Shown here: positions 10,240 through 19,845 of the stretch, piece by piece
Layout: each line of letters begins with the position of its first letter
Numbering within the stretch: the first letter of the stretch is position 1
Source of the DNA: Myxococcota bacterium
GTDB lineage: Bacteria; Myxococcota_A; UBA9160; UBA6930
Assembly (NCBI GenBank): GCA_965223705.1
Contig: OZ245015.1
Coordinates: 1,248,001 to 1,312,000 of the forward strand
Reading direction: 5' to 3'
Length of the DNA: 64,000 nt
Program-made: the position numbers and the translations under genes
The notes under the pieces: generated by a model
What the model saw: only the letters and a program-made list of their open reading frames with translations
Database searches by the model: none
What the model was told of the DNA's origin: nothing

Positions 10240-11001
10240 ATGCCGAACTTTGATCTCGATTTGACGGGGCGTGTCGCGCTGGTGACGGGTGCGGGCTCGG
10301 GCCTGGGGCGTCGCTTCGCAGAGGTCCTCGCGGCGAGCGGCGCGGCCGTGGTCGCGACGGGGAGGCGAACCGATCGGCTCGAAGCCGTGGCCGAGGCGAT
10401 CCGAGGGGCCGGCGGCGCGTGCGCTCCCTTGGCGCTCGACATGACCGACACCGAGAGCATCCTGTCCGTGCTCGAGCGCGCCGAAGACGCGCTGGGTACG
10501 GTGGATGTGCTGGTCAACAACGCGGGTCTGCCCGACGCGAAGCGCGCGCACAAGATGCCGATCGACTTGATCGATCGGGTCTTCGACACGAACTTGCGCG
10601 GGCCCTGGGTTCTCTCGTGTGACTTCGCGCGACGCTTGATCGCGAAAGAGCAGCCGGGACGGATCGTCAACATCGCCTCGGCGGGTGCGTTTACGTACGA
10701 CGGACACGGTGCCGCGCTCTACTCGACGACGAAAGCCGGGCTCGTTCGGATGACGCAGACCCTGGCGGTCGAGTGGGCGCGGTATCACATCAACGTCAAT
10801 TGCATCGCACCCGGCGCGTTCTCGTCCGAAATGATGGACGGCATGCTCGAACGCATGGGCGACTTCACGAAGCACTTTCCGCGGCGACGCATGGGCGATC
10901 CCGCCCAGCTCGACAGCACGCTTCTCTACTTGGTGTCTCCTTCGTCGGATTTCGTGACGGGCGCCATCATCCGCGTCGACGACGCACAAATGTCTCACTG
11001 A
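10240..11001 (+). CDS. short-chain dehydrogenase/reductase
   Basis: TGAGSGLG, NNAG, YSTTK, IAPG. Confidence 0.92.
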   Translation: MPNFDLDLTGRVALVTGAGSGLGRRFAEVLAASGAAVVATGRRTDRLEAVAEAIRGAGGACAPLALDMTDTESILSVLERAEDALGTVDVLVNNAGLPDAKRAHKMPIDLIDRVFDTNLRGPWVLSCDFARRLIAKEQPGRIVNIASAGAFTYDGHGAALYSTTKAGLVRMTQTLAVEWARYHINVNCIAPGAFSSEMMDGMLERMGDFTKHFPRRRMGDPAQLDSTLLYLVSPSSDFVTGAIIRVDDAQMSH

Positions 11002-11011
11002 GGAAAACCGC

Positions 11012-11815
11012 ATGATCTACCGCACCCTCGAGGTCGAACGCCGGGGCCAAGTCGACTGGTTGACGCTCAACCGGCCCGATGTGCTGAACGCCATCAACAC
11101 GGAAATGGTGACCGAGCTGCGCGACTACTTCGGCGGCCTTCACGAAGACCCCTCGGTCCGAATCGTCGTCATGCGCGGCGCTGGCCGCGCGTTCTGCGCC
11201 GGGCTCGACATCGAGGCGTTTGCCGGCGACGAAGGCGGCGCTGAGCAGCCGTTCGGCGCGGGCGACGGGTTCCAGGGGTATCTCTCCGAAGTGTACGTGC
11301 GCATGCGGCGTTGCCCTCAGCCCATCATCTCCTTGATTCACGGCCCGGCCTGCGGCGGGGGGTTTTCTTTCGCGTTGGCGTCCGACGTGCGCATCGCCGG
11401 CGAGAGTGCGCGCATGAACGCGGCGTTCATTCGGATCGGTCTTTCCGCCTGCGATATGGGGACGAGCTATTTCCTTCCGCGATTGGTGGGTACCTCTGTC
11501 GCGTCTGAGCTCATGCTGACCGGCCGCTTCATCAACGCCGAGCGGTCGCTCGCCACTGGCCTCGTGTCCGAGGTCGTACCCGATGCCGATCTCCCCGAAG
11601 CGGCCCAGACCTTCGTCGAAGAAATGCTCCGCACCTCGCCCATGGGGCTTCGCTTGACGAAGGAAGGGTTGAACGTCGCGGTCGATGCCGGAAGCCTCGA
11701 AGCGGCCATCGCGGTCGAGAACCGGAATCAGTTGCTGTGCGTACAGTCGCGCGACGCCAAGGAGGGCATGCGCGCGTTCCTCGAGAGGCGAGATCCGGTC
11801 TACACAGGTCGTTAG
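11012..11815 (+). CDS. enoyl-CoA hydratase/isomerase
   Basis: LNRPDVLNA, AFCAGLD, GPACGGG. Confidence 0.92.
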   Translation: MIYRTLEVERRGQVDWLTLNRPDVLNAINTEMVTELRDYFGGLHEDPSVRIVVMRGAGRAFCAGLDIEAFAGDEGGAEQPFGAGDGFQGYLSEVYVRMRRCPQPIISLIHGPACGGGFSFALASDVRIAGESARMNAAFIRIGLSACDMGTSYFLPRLVGTSVASELMLTGRFINAERSLATGLVSEVVPDADLPEAAQTFVEEMLRTSPMGLRLTKEGLNVAVDAGSLEAAIAVENRNQLLCVQSRDAKEGMRAFLERRDPVYTGR

Positions 11816-11818
11816 CCG

Positions 11819-12931
11819 ATGAAGATTCTCGTTATCGGCGGTACGGGACCCACCGGTCCGTTTATCGTGAACGGCCTGCTCGAGCGCGGGCACGACGTGA
11901 CGATTCTGCATTCCGGAAAGCACGAGATCGACGAGCTCCCGGACGAATCCGTCGTCCCGCACATCCACGCCGACGCCTTCGATGAAGCGTCTTTTCGCGA
12001 CGCGATCCAAGGACTCGCCTTCGACGTCGTGTTTGCGATGTACGGCCGGCTCCGCAGCATCCTGCGCGTCCTCGAAGGACGGGTCGAGCGTCTGTTCACG
12101 ATCGGCGGGATCGCGGTCTACCAGGGCTTCAGCGATCCGGAGCGCGATGTCATGCCGCGCGGTGTTCGCGTTCCGGCGCGCGAGGACGCTCCGCGAGCCG
12201 GGTCGGAGGCGGCCCAGAAAATTCGGCGTATCCGGGAGACCGAAGATCTCGTCTTTGAAACCCACCCGACCGCGACCCATTTCCGCTACCCGCTGATCTA
12301 CGGCCCGCACCAGATTCTTCCGCGAGAGTGGTCGATCGTCCGTCGCGCTCTCGATCGACGACCCGTGCTCGTGTTGCCCGACGGTGGCCTGACGATCATG
12401 TCCGCCGCTTACGCGGCGAACGCGGCCCACGCCGTGTTGTTGGCTTTCGATCGGCAAGAGGCTTGTCAGGGCGAGACGTTCAACGTCGCCGACGACCGCC
12501 AGTTTGACTTGCACATGGTCGCGGAGATCGTCGCCGATGAGCTCGACCACCAGTGGGAGATCGTCAGTCTTCCGCGAGAGGTGGCGTACCCGTCGTACCC
12601 GATGCTTCAGAACCACTCATCGTCGCACCGCCTGGTCGATACCGGAAAAATCCGCGACCGATTGGGCTATCGCGACCTCGTCGATCCAGAAGTGGCGCTT
12701 CGGAGCACGATTCGCTGGGATCGCGACAACCTGTATGGGCGGAGCGAGAGGCTCGACCGCAACCTTCAAGACCCGTTCGACTACGACGCGGAGGATCGAC
12801 TGATCGCTCTCTACCGCGCGTTCGTGCGAAGCTGCGAGGAAGTTCCGTTCGCGAATCGGCCCGGTTACGGCTTCGGCTACTACGGTCCGCGCGAGAACCC
12901 CGGCGGTCGCCGCGGCAGCTATCGCGCCTAG
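11819..12931 (+). CDS. NAD-dependent epimerase/dehydratase family protein
   Basis: N-terminal IGGTGPTG Rossmann motif, RYPLIYGP, FNVAD. Confidence 0.78.
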   Translation: MKILVIGGTGPTGPFIVNGLLERGHDVTILHSGKHEIDELPDESVVPHIHADAFDEASFRDAIQGLAFDVVFAMYGRLRSILRVLEGRVERLFTIGGIAVYQGFSDPERDVMPRGVRVPAREDAPRAGSEAAQKIRRIRETEDLVFETHPTATHFRYPLIYGPHQILPREWSIVRRALDRRPVLVLPDGGLTIMSAAYAANAAHAVLLAFDRQEACQGETFNVADDRQFDLHMVAEIVADELDHQWEIVSLPREVAYPSYPMLQNHSSSHRLVDTGKIRDRLGYRDLVDPEVALRSTIRWDRDNLYGRSERLDRNLQDPFDYDAEDRLIALYRAFVRSCEEVPFANRPGYGFGYYGPRENPGGRRGSYRA

Positions 12932-14034
12932 ATCCCCACGCGCTGGCCCAAGATATCCCGGTGATGGGCCGCACTGCCGAATAGGGTCCCGCTCGATTTC
13001 GCCCGCTTGAAATACAGGTGGATCGGGTGTTCCCACGTGAACCCCATCCCCCCGTGAATCTGGATGGTGTCCGCCGCAGCGCGGAAGTACGTCTCCGAGC
13101 AGTAGGCCTTGGCAAGCGCTGCCGACTCTTCGAGCTCATCGGAGTCCTCCGCCGCGGCGAAGCACGCGGCGTAGGCCGCGGACTTCGCGAATTCGACGGC
13201 GACGAGCATCTCGGCGCACTTGTGTTTGATCGCTTGATAGGAGCCGATCGGGCGTCCGAACTGAAGACGCGTTTTCGCGTACTCCGTCGCAAGCTCGAGA
13301 CAGTGCTCCGCGCCGCCCGCCTGCTCCGCCGTGAGAGCGGCGACGGTGCGCGATAGCACGCGCCGGAAGGCGTTCTGTTGGTCGCCCTGAGAGATCAACC
13401 GGGCGTTCACGCCGTCGAAGCGCAAGTGCGCGAGTTTTCTCGTCAGGTCGAGGGTCGGGACGAGTTCGCGCGAAAGCCCGGGGGCATTGCCGTCGACGGA
13501 AAACACACCGAGTCCGTCGTCCGTCCGGGCCACGACGAGCAGCGCGTCGGCGGAGTGCCCGTCGATCACGAACGTCTTTTCTCCGGTGAGGGAATCGCCG
13601 TCCGCCTTTAGAGCGATCCGCTCGGGATGGAAGCCGGCTTTTTCCTCGCCGTAAGCGACCGCGACCGTCGTTTCTCCCGATGCGATGCCGGCGAGCAGCT
13701 GCTTCTGCTCGGTCTTCTCGGCGCATTCCATCAGCGTGTTCGCGGCGAATACAGAAGAACTCAAGAACGGGGCGCACAGCAGCGAGCGACCCATTTCTTC
13801 CATGGCGATCAAGAGCTCGACGTACGTAAAGCCCGCACCGCCGTGTTCTTCGGGAATGATGAGACCGGCCAGGCCCAGCTCCGAGGCCAGCTGCAACCAG
13901 ACTTCGGCGTCGTACCCGCGCGTCGTCGCCATCTGCTCGCGGACCGCGGTCTCATCGGACTTCTCGGCCAAGAAAGCGCGAATGGTCTCGCGCAGTGCTT
14001 CGTGCTCTTCGGAAAAACTCATGTCGGTGGGCAT
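12928..14034 (-). CDS. acyl-CoA dehydrogenase (short subunit of a probable heteromeric pair)
   Basis: RLQFGRPIGSYQAIKHKCA, IQIHGGMGFTWEH. Confidence 0.9.
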   Translation of the reverse strand: MPTDMSFSEEHEALRETIRAFLAEKSDETAVREQMATTRGYDAEVWLQLASELGLAGLIIPEEHGGAGFTYVELLIAMEEMGRSLLCAPFLSSSVFAANTLMECAEKTEQKQLLAGIASGETTVAVAYGEEKAGFHPERIALKADGDSLTGEKTFVIDGHSADALLVVARTDDGLGVFSVDGNAPGLSRELVPTLDLTRKLAHLRFDGVNARLISQGDQQNAFRRVLSRTVAALTAEQAGGAEHCLELATEYAKTRLQFGRPIGSYQAIKHKCAEMLVAVEFAKSAAYAACFAAAEDSDELEESAALAKAYCSETYFRAAADTIQIHGGMGFTWEHPIHLYFKRAKSSGTLFGSAAHHRDILGQRVGI

Positions 14035-14042
14035 AAAGGCTC

Positions 14043-15266
14043 CTAGCTCCGGGGGACGTCTTTCCAGGGAACGTCTTTGTCGACGCGCGGCTCTCCGGGA
14101 AGACCCAAGACGCGTTCGCCCAGGATGTTTTTCATGATCTCGGAAGTTCCGCCTTCGATCGAGTTCGCGCGCGATCGAAGGAACTGGTACTTCGCGATCG
14201 CTTCGAGGCCGTGGACGTCGCCGACGCCCGGCCGCAGTTCGTAGCCCGCTTCGAAGGCCAGGCTCTGGTCCCCGAGAATCTCCATGGCCGTCTCCCAGGT
14301 CCGCTTGTTGATCTCGGCTTGCGCCACCTTGAGGACCGAGCCTTCCGGTCCGGGATTGCCGGCCTTCTGCATCGCTCGGGCCCGTTGTTGGGTCAGCCGC
14401 AGGAGCTCGTTGTCCATGTAGGACTGGATCACGCGATCCCGCAGAGCGGCCTCGGCGTGGGCGTTGTCGCCGGGGGTTCGGTCCGTCCACAGTTTGCGGA
14501 TCTGAGCGTTGATCCCGGCGCCCTTCTTGGCCGCGCCCATCCCGCCGATCGCGACGCGCTCGTTCATGAGGGTCGTGATCGCCACGCGCCAGCCCTGACC
14601 TTCGCGGCCGAGGATCCGGTCGTTCGGGATCCGCACGTCGTTGAGAAACACTTCGTTGAATTCGGCTTCTCCGGTGATCTGGTAGAGCGGCCGGACTTCG
14701 ACGCCCGGGGATTGCATGTCGAGAAGAAAATACGTGAGACCATCGTGCTTCGGGACGTCCGGGTTCGTGCGCGCGACCAGCATGCCCCAACGCGCGACGT
14801 GCGCGACGGTCGTCCACACCTTCTGCCCGTTGACGACCCAATCGTCGCCGTCGCGAACCGCGCGCGTCGCGAGTCCGGCGACGTCGGAGCCGGCGCTCGG
14901 CTCGCTAAACAGCTGGCACCAGATATCCTCGCCCGAGAAGACGCGCGGCAACAGCTCGCGCTTCATCTCTTCGGTCCCGTAGGTGAGGAGCGTCGGCGCC
15001 CCCATTCCGATCCCGATGATGCTGACGAAGGGGTCGTGGTGAACCACTTTCGAGTGTTTCGCGATCTCGTCGTACACGACGGCGTTCAACTTCGGCGAGA
15101 CGCCGAGCCCGCCGAAACCCTCCGGAAAATGCAGCCAGGCGAGCCCGTGATCGTACTGGGCGCGCCGGAACGGAATCGCTTCAACCTGTTCGGGATGCAC
15201 TTCGTCGAGGAGGGTGCGGGTGCGTTCGCGAACTTCCTCTTCTTCCATCGGTCGATAGTCGGTCAT
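14043..15266 (-). CDS. acyl-CoA dehydrogenase (long subunit)
   Basis: WCQLFSEPSAGSDVA, NGQKVWTT, FNEVFL, SIEGGTSEI. Confidence 0.92.
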   Translation of the reverse strand: MTDYRPMEEEEVRERTRTLLDEVHPEQVEAIPFRRAQYDHGLAWLHFPEGFGGLGVSPKLNAVVYDEIAKHSKVVHHDPFVSIIGIGMGAPTLLTYGTEEMKRELLPRVFSGEDIWCQLFSEPSAGSDVAGLATRAVRDGDDWVVNGQKVWTTVAHVARWGMLVARTNPDVPKHDGLTYFLLDMQSPGVEVRPLYQITGEAEFNEVFLNDVRIPNDRILGREGQGWRVAITTLMNERVAIGGMGAAKKGAGINAQIRKLWTDRTPGDNAHAEAALRDRVIQSYMDNELLRLTQQRARAMQKAGNPGPEGSVLKVAQAEINKRTWETAMEILGDQSLAFEAGYELRPGVGDVHGLEAIAKYQFLRSRANSIEGGTSEIMKNILGERVLGLPGEPRVDKDVPWKDVPRS

Positions 15267-16327
15267 TGAGTTCCTCGTTTCGTTTCGCCGAGCCGGGCGA
15301 CGATGCTCGCGAGCACCGCTCGGTCCGAAGGGCGCTCGAGGGGGATGCTCACTTCGATGCGGTCGATCAGGGCTCCGTAGCGCTCGATCAACCGATCGGC
15401 GAGATCGTCGTAGGTCGCGATCGTAACCCAATGTTCGAGGACATCGTCACCGATTCGGGCCGCCATCGCGGTCCACTTTCCGCTCTTCGAAAGTACGGCG
15501 AGCTCGTCGGCGAGCGCCGACAAGCCCAAATGGTCGAATGCCGCTCGATACGCGGGGGTGCTCACGTAGAAGGCGAGGCGCTGTCTCGCGATTTCGACGC
15601 GCGGAATGAGGGAAGCCTCGTCGGGCGCCGTCGCGAGGAGTGGCTTCAGGCAGATCTCGAAGGGCGCTTCGGCGCCGCTTCGCCCCCGGGCGATGGCGGG
15701 GTGAACAACCTGCTCGATGTATGCGGGAGAGCACACCGGATGGAGCCGGACCCCGTCGGCGATCTCCGCCGCGATCCGACACATATGCGGGTTCACCGCT
15801 GCGATCTGAATCGGGATGTTCGGATGCGCGATCGGGGCCGGCGTGAAGAGCGGCACGTTCAAGTCGAGGCGATAGCGTTCGCTCTCGTACAGGAGCGGTG
15901 TCTCGTCTTGCCAGCTCTTCCAAATCGCGCGCACGGCGCCGACGTAGTCGCGCATCCACGGGCCCGGCGGGTGCCACTCGAGCCCGAAGCGACGTCGAAT
16001 GTGCCCCCGGACTTGCGAACCGAGCCCGAGCTCGAAGCGCCCGCGGGAGATTTTCTGGGCGGTCCAGGCGGCCATGGCTGTCACGAAGGGACTCCGCGCG
16101 AAAGCGATCGCCACCGACGTCCCGAGCCTCACCCGCTGCGTATGGGCGGCGGCGACGGCGAGCACCTGGAAGGGATCGTCCTTCGTCTCCTCCATGAGCA
16201 GACCGTGGTAGCCCAACCGGTCGACGTCCTTCGCGTCTTCTCCGACGGCCGAAAGATCGAGTGGAGCTTCGGGTTGCGCCAACCCCGGATCGAGCTTGCC
16301 GAGTGGCAGCAGCGTCTCCGCCTTCAC
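15263..16327 (-). CDS. LLM-class F420-dependent oxidoreductase (TIGR03617-like)
   Basis: EETKDDPF, TSVAIAFARSP, LGLGSQVRGHI, FYVSTPAY; GTG start overlaps upstream stop. Confidence 0.85.
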   Translation of the reverse strand: MKAETLLPLGKLDPGLAQPEAPLDLSAVGEDAKDVDRLGYHGLLMEETKDDPFQVLAVAAAHTQRVRLGTSVAIAFARSPFVTAMAAWTAQKISRGRFELGLGSQVRGHIRRRFGLEWHPPGPWMRDYVGAVRAIWKSWQDETPLLYESERYRLDLNVPLFTPAPIAHPNIPIQIAAVNPHMCRIAAEIADGVRLHPVCSPAYIEQVVHPAIARGRSGAEAPFEICLKPLLATAPDEASLIPRVEIARQRLAFYVSTPAYRAAFDHLGLSALADELAVLSKSGKWTAMAARIGDDVLEHWVTIATYDDLADRLIERYGALIDRIEVSIPLERPSDRAVLASIVARLGETKRGTQ

Positions 16328-17370
16328 CGCCGCGGCGTCTCCACCGCGAGCTCGGCCATCAGCCGGAGCGCCGCGTCCTGGTCCGTCGTGATGTTGAGCC
16401 CCGTCGCGCCGGAGTCGGCCCAGGGGCGGTAGCGCTCGCGAATGCGCTCCGGCGGACCGACCAGAGCCTGCTCGTCGACGAACTCGTCGGGGACCGCTCG
16501 GATCGCCTCGGTGCGAGCCTTGGCGAGATAGAGCTCCTGGATCCGCTCGGCCGCTTCGCCGAACCCGCGGCGAATCATCGCGTCTTTGTGGAAGTTCTTG
16601 TTCTTGTGGCCCATCCCGCCGACGTAGAGCGCAACGCGGGGTTTCATGCGGTCGAGGGCGTCTTGCACGTTCTCGGTGATGCTCACGGACACCATCGGAT
16701 GAATTTCCAGGTCTTCGACCCGTCTTCCGTCCGATCGGCGACGGAGCCCGGCTTCGAGCCACGGCCGAAACGTCTCCATCGATCCCGGAACGAAGCCGAG
16801 CGGTAGCCACCCGTCCGCGACTTCTCCGGTCAACTTCACGTTCGTTTCGGAACCGGTTCCGAGCCAGATGGGGAGCTTTGGGTCGATGTGCAGGATCGAC
16901 GTCAGGGGCTTCCCCACGCCGAGGGCTCCTTCGCCGTGGAACGGAAGCGAGATTTCGGCGCCCTCGTGCGTCACCGGGGCTTCGCGCTCGAACACCTTGC
17001 GCATGATCGAGACGTAATCCTTGATGCGGTGGTACGGCCGGCCCCAGGGCTCGCCGTACCAGCCCTCGACGACCTGGGGGCCCGAGACGCCGACCCCGCA
17101 CACGACACGTCCGCCCCCCGCGAGCGCGTCGAGGGTTCCCATCGCCATGGCGGCCGCGGTCGGCGCTCGCGCGGCGAGTTGGATCACCGCGGTTCCGAGT
17201 CGGATGCGCGAGGTTTGGCCCGCGAGATACGCCAAGGGCGTAATCGCGTCCGAGCCGTACGCTTCAGCGGTCCAGACGGAATCGAAGCCCAGGCGCTCCG
17301 CCAAGCGCACGCGATCGACGGGGACCCGAAGTTCCGAGCCGGAATAGCCGAGCATGAGACCGAGCTTCAT
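16324..17370 (-). CDS. LLM-class F420-dependent oxidoreductase (Rv3520c-like)
   Basis: WTAEAYGSDA, GVSGPQVVEGWYG, LYVGGMG..NKNFH; RBS GGAGGGAG. Confidence 0.88.
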   Translation of the reverse strand: MKLGLMLGYSGSELRVPVDRVRLAERLGFDSVWTAEAYGSDAITPLAYLAGQTSRIRLGTAVIQLAARAPTAAAMAMGTLDALAGGGRVVCGVGVSGPQVVEGWYGEPWGRPYHRIKDYVSIMRKVFEREAPVTHEGAEISLPFHGEGALGVGKPLTSILHIDPKLPIWLGTGSETNVKLTGEVADGWLPLGFVPGSMETFRPWLEAGLRRRSDGRRVEDLEIHPMVSVSITENVQDALDRMKPRVALYVGGMGHKNKNFHKDAMIRRGFGEAAERIQELYLAKARTEAIRAVPDEFVDEQALVGPPERIRERYRPWADSGATGLNITTDQDAALRLMAELAVETPRR

Positions 17371-17428
17371 CGCTCCCTCCAAAGCGGGAGACACTATCAC
17401 GGTCGCGAGAAGGAGGCGGTGCGGCCCG

Positions 17429-19798
17429 CTAGTCGTCTTTTTCCGGGGCGAGCAAGCGGCTGAAAGCCTCGGGATCGAGGGGGCGACCCGTCAGAAAGCC
17501 CTGGATCTCGTCGCAGCGGAGTTCCCGAAGCGACGCGAGCTGTTGCGGCCGCTCGACGCCCTCGGCGAGGGCGCGGACGCCCATGCGATGGGCCATCGCG
17601 ATGATGGCACCGACCAAGGTCGTGTCCGACTCGCTTGTGGGAAGCTCGTCCGTAAAGGACTTGTCGATCTTGATCCGGGACAATCGAACTTTGCGGACGT
17701 TCGCGAGGGCCGAGCAGCCGGTCCCGAAGTCGTCGAGACAGAGACTCACGCCGAGCTCGTTGAGTCGGCGCAAGGTTTCGTCGACGGCCGGGCTGTCCTC
17801 GACGATGGCGCCTTCGGTGATCTCGAGCTCGATCCAGTCGGGTTCGATTCCCTCCCGGTCGAGTGCCCGACGGATCGAATCGACCAGCTCCGAATCTCTC
17901 AACTGGTGGGGAGACAAGTTGACTGAAACCCGCACCGGATCGAGGCCCATCTCCTGCCAGGCGGCGATTTGACGACAGACGGCTTCGAACACCCATACAC
18001 CGATCTCGGAGATCAAACCGATCTCCTCGGCGATCGGAATGAATTCGTCGGGAGCGACCGGTCCGAGGTCGGCCGAAGTCCAGCGCAGCAGTGCTTCTGC
18101 GGCGCAGAGCTCCTCGGTCACGGCGGAGACGATCGGTTGGTAGTGGACCGCGAGCTCGCCGCGTTCGGCCGCCCGCCGGAGGCCGTTCTCGACACGCAGC
18201 CGCCGTTCGCCCGCTGCGTTCATCGATTCGTCGAAGTAACGAAGGGCATCCCCTCCGCAACGCTTCGCGTGGTACATCGCGGTATCGGCGTTTCGAAAGA
18301 GTGTCTCCGCGTCGGTTCCGTCTTCGGGGAAGAGGGCGATGCCGACACTCGCGGTGCACGTGAGCTCCCTGCCCTCGAAGAGCACGGGTTCTCGGAGACG
18401 TTTGAGGATGCGTTCGGCAATCTTCTCTGCGTCGCGCGCTTCGGACAGGTTGGGGATGACGACGAAGAATTCATCGCCACCGAGGCGGGCCAGCGCGGTG
18501 GGTAGGGTGGCTGAACGAGCGCCTCCCGCCGCGACGAGGTCGAGTGGACGGGTGCAGGACAAGAGAGAGTCGGCCACCGAGCGCAGGATGGCGTCTCCGC
18601 CGGAATGGCCGAACGTGTCGTTCACGTGTTTGAACCGATCGAGATCGAGCAACAAGAAGGCCGCTCGATGTCCCAACGATTCGGACGCAGACACCGTCTT
18701 GTCCGCTACGTGTTGGATGCGCGAGCGATTCGGGAGCCCGGTCAGGGGATCGAAATACGCGAGGTCTTGGATGCGCTCCGCGCTTTCGGCCTGTTCGAGC
18801 GCGAGTCCGATCTGGGTGGAAGCCTCGCCGAGGGTTCGGGCAATCTCGTCGCTGAAGGTCGCGCCGTCGATGCCCCCGAAGAACATCACCCAGCCGATCT
18901 CGCCTTTCCATCGGATGGGAACCGCGACATCGCAGAGGTCTTCGTGCTCTTCGGATCGGACGCACGAGGGCGCGCCGGTGGCGATCGCTCGACGGAGGAG
19001 TGAGGAGCGTCGGCTGTCGAGCTCGGGCGCGACGCCAGCGCGATCCAAGAACCGAGTGTTACTCGCGACCTGATACAGCGTCGTGGGCGGCCAACCGAGG
19101 AACGTGGCGATACACGCCGATGTCCGCGCGAGCGTTTCCTCCCCGGCGCGACTTTGATGGGCGGCTTCCGTGACAGCCTGGAGCAATTCGAGGTGCGTCG
19201 TCTTCTCCGACAGCTCGAGGTTGGCCTGTCGGGTCATGCCCAGCACACGGCGCTGCGCGGTGACGAGCCCGGTCGCCATGACGCCGATGCCGAGCAGGGT
19301 TGAAAGCCGGTTGAGCAGGCTCTGCACCGCGTGGTGCTCCGGCGGAATGCGATCCGGAATCGCGATACCGACCTCGGGGAGCGCCCAGAATACGACCGAC
19401 GTGACCGAGATGATCCCCACCCAGAACCAACACGCTCGAAGATCGGCGACCAGCGTCGCCAAGAGTGGGAAGACGTAGAGCCAACCGAAGTTCGGGTCGT
19501 AGAAGCCACCGGAGTAGATGTTCGAGAGCAGCAGCAGTCCAAACAGGATGCCGCCCGAGCGCACGCTCGCCCGTCGGAGCCCGCCCGGCGAAGTCGCGCG
19601 TCGGATGTTGATGTAGGCGCCCGCCGAGGCGAGTAGGACGGCCGCCGACATCACCGGGAGCTCGAGCTGCCAGTAGCGAAGGGAGAAGGGCAACCCGACG
19701 GCCAACATGCCGTACGAGATCCCCAGGAAAAGGCGTCGGTGATACGCAAATTCCAGTCGGGTTGGATTTACTCCACGCGGTTTTGATAGAGCCGGCAC
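17429..19798 (-). CDS. membrane-anchored diguanylate cyclase/phosphodiesterase (TM + GAF-like + GGDEF + EAL)
   Basis: Hydrophobic N-terminus; DPLTGLPNR, DLDRFK, RLGGDEF, AEALLRW, LDDFGTG, AEGVE; start uncertain. Confidence 0.92.
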   Translation of the reverse strand: MPALSKPRGVNPTRLEFAYHRRLFLGISYGMLAVGLPFSLRYWQLELPVMSAAVLLASAGAYINIRRATSPGGLRRASVRSGGILFGLLLLSNIYSGGFYDPNFGWLYVFPLLATLVADLRACWFWVGIISVTSVVFWALPEVGIAIPDRIPPEHHAVQSLLNRLSTLLGIGVMATGLVTAQRRVLGMTRQANLELSEKTTHLELLQAVTEAAHQSRAGEETLARTSACIATFLGWPPTTLYQVASNTRFLDRAGVAPELDSRRSSLLRRAIATGAPSCVRSEEHEDLCDVAVPIRWKGEIGWVMFFGGIDGATFSDEIARTLGEASTQIGLALEQAESAERIQDLAYFDPLTGLPNRSRIQHVADKTVSASESLGHRAAFLLLDLDRFKHVNDTFGHSGGDAILRSVADSLLSCTRPLDLVAAGGARSATLPTALARLGGDEFFVVIPNLSEARDAEKIAERILKRLREPVLFEGRELTCTASVGIALFPEDGTDAETLFRNADTAMYHAKRCGGDALRYFDESMNAAGERRLRVENGLRRAAERGELAVHYQPIVSAVTEELCAAEALLRWTSADLGPVAPDEFIPIAEEIGLISEIGVWVFEAVCRQIAAWQEMGLDPVRVSVNLSPHQLRDSELVDSIRRALDREGIEPDWIELEITEGAIVEDSPAVDETLRRLNELGVSLCLDDFGTGCSALANVRKVRLSRIKIDKSFTDELPTSESDTTLVGAIIAMAHRMGVRALAEGVERPQQLASLRELRCDEIQGFLTGRPLDPEAFSRLLAPEKDD

Positions 19799-19845
19799 CG
19801 CGCAGACAATCGGCCTATCGGAGGCCGGACGTTAGGCGTGCGTCT

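Noticed and set aside
10967..12616. 549-aa minus-strand ORF, and similar long shadows (5754-7784, 2386-3993, 41189-42775, 28478-29941)
   Set aside because: They overlap well-supported genes and carry no family motifs.
12928..17101. Apparent long N-terminal extensions (12928-14841, 15263-17101; also 775-2145 and 26617-28209)
   Set aside because: Extensions run through upstream genes in another frame; real starts lie at or near stop/start overlaps.
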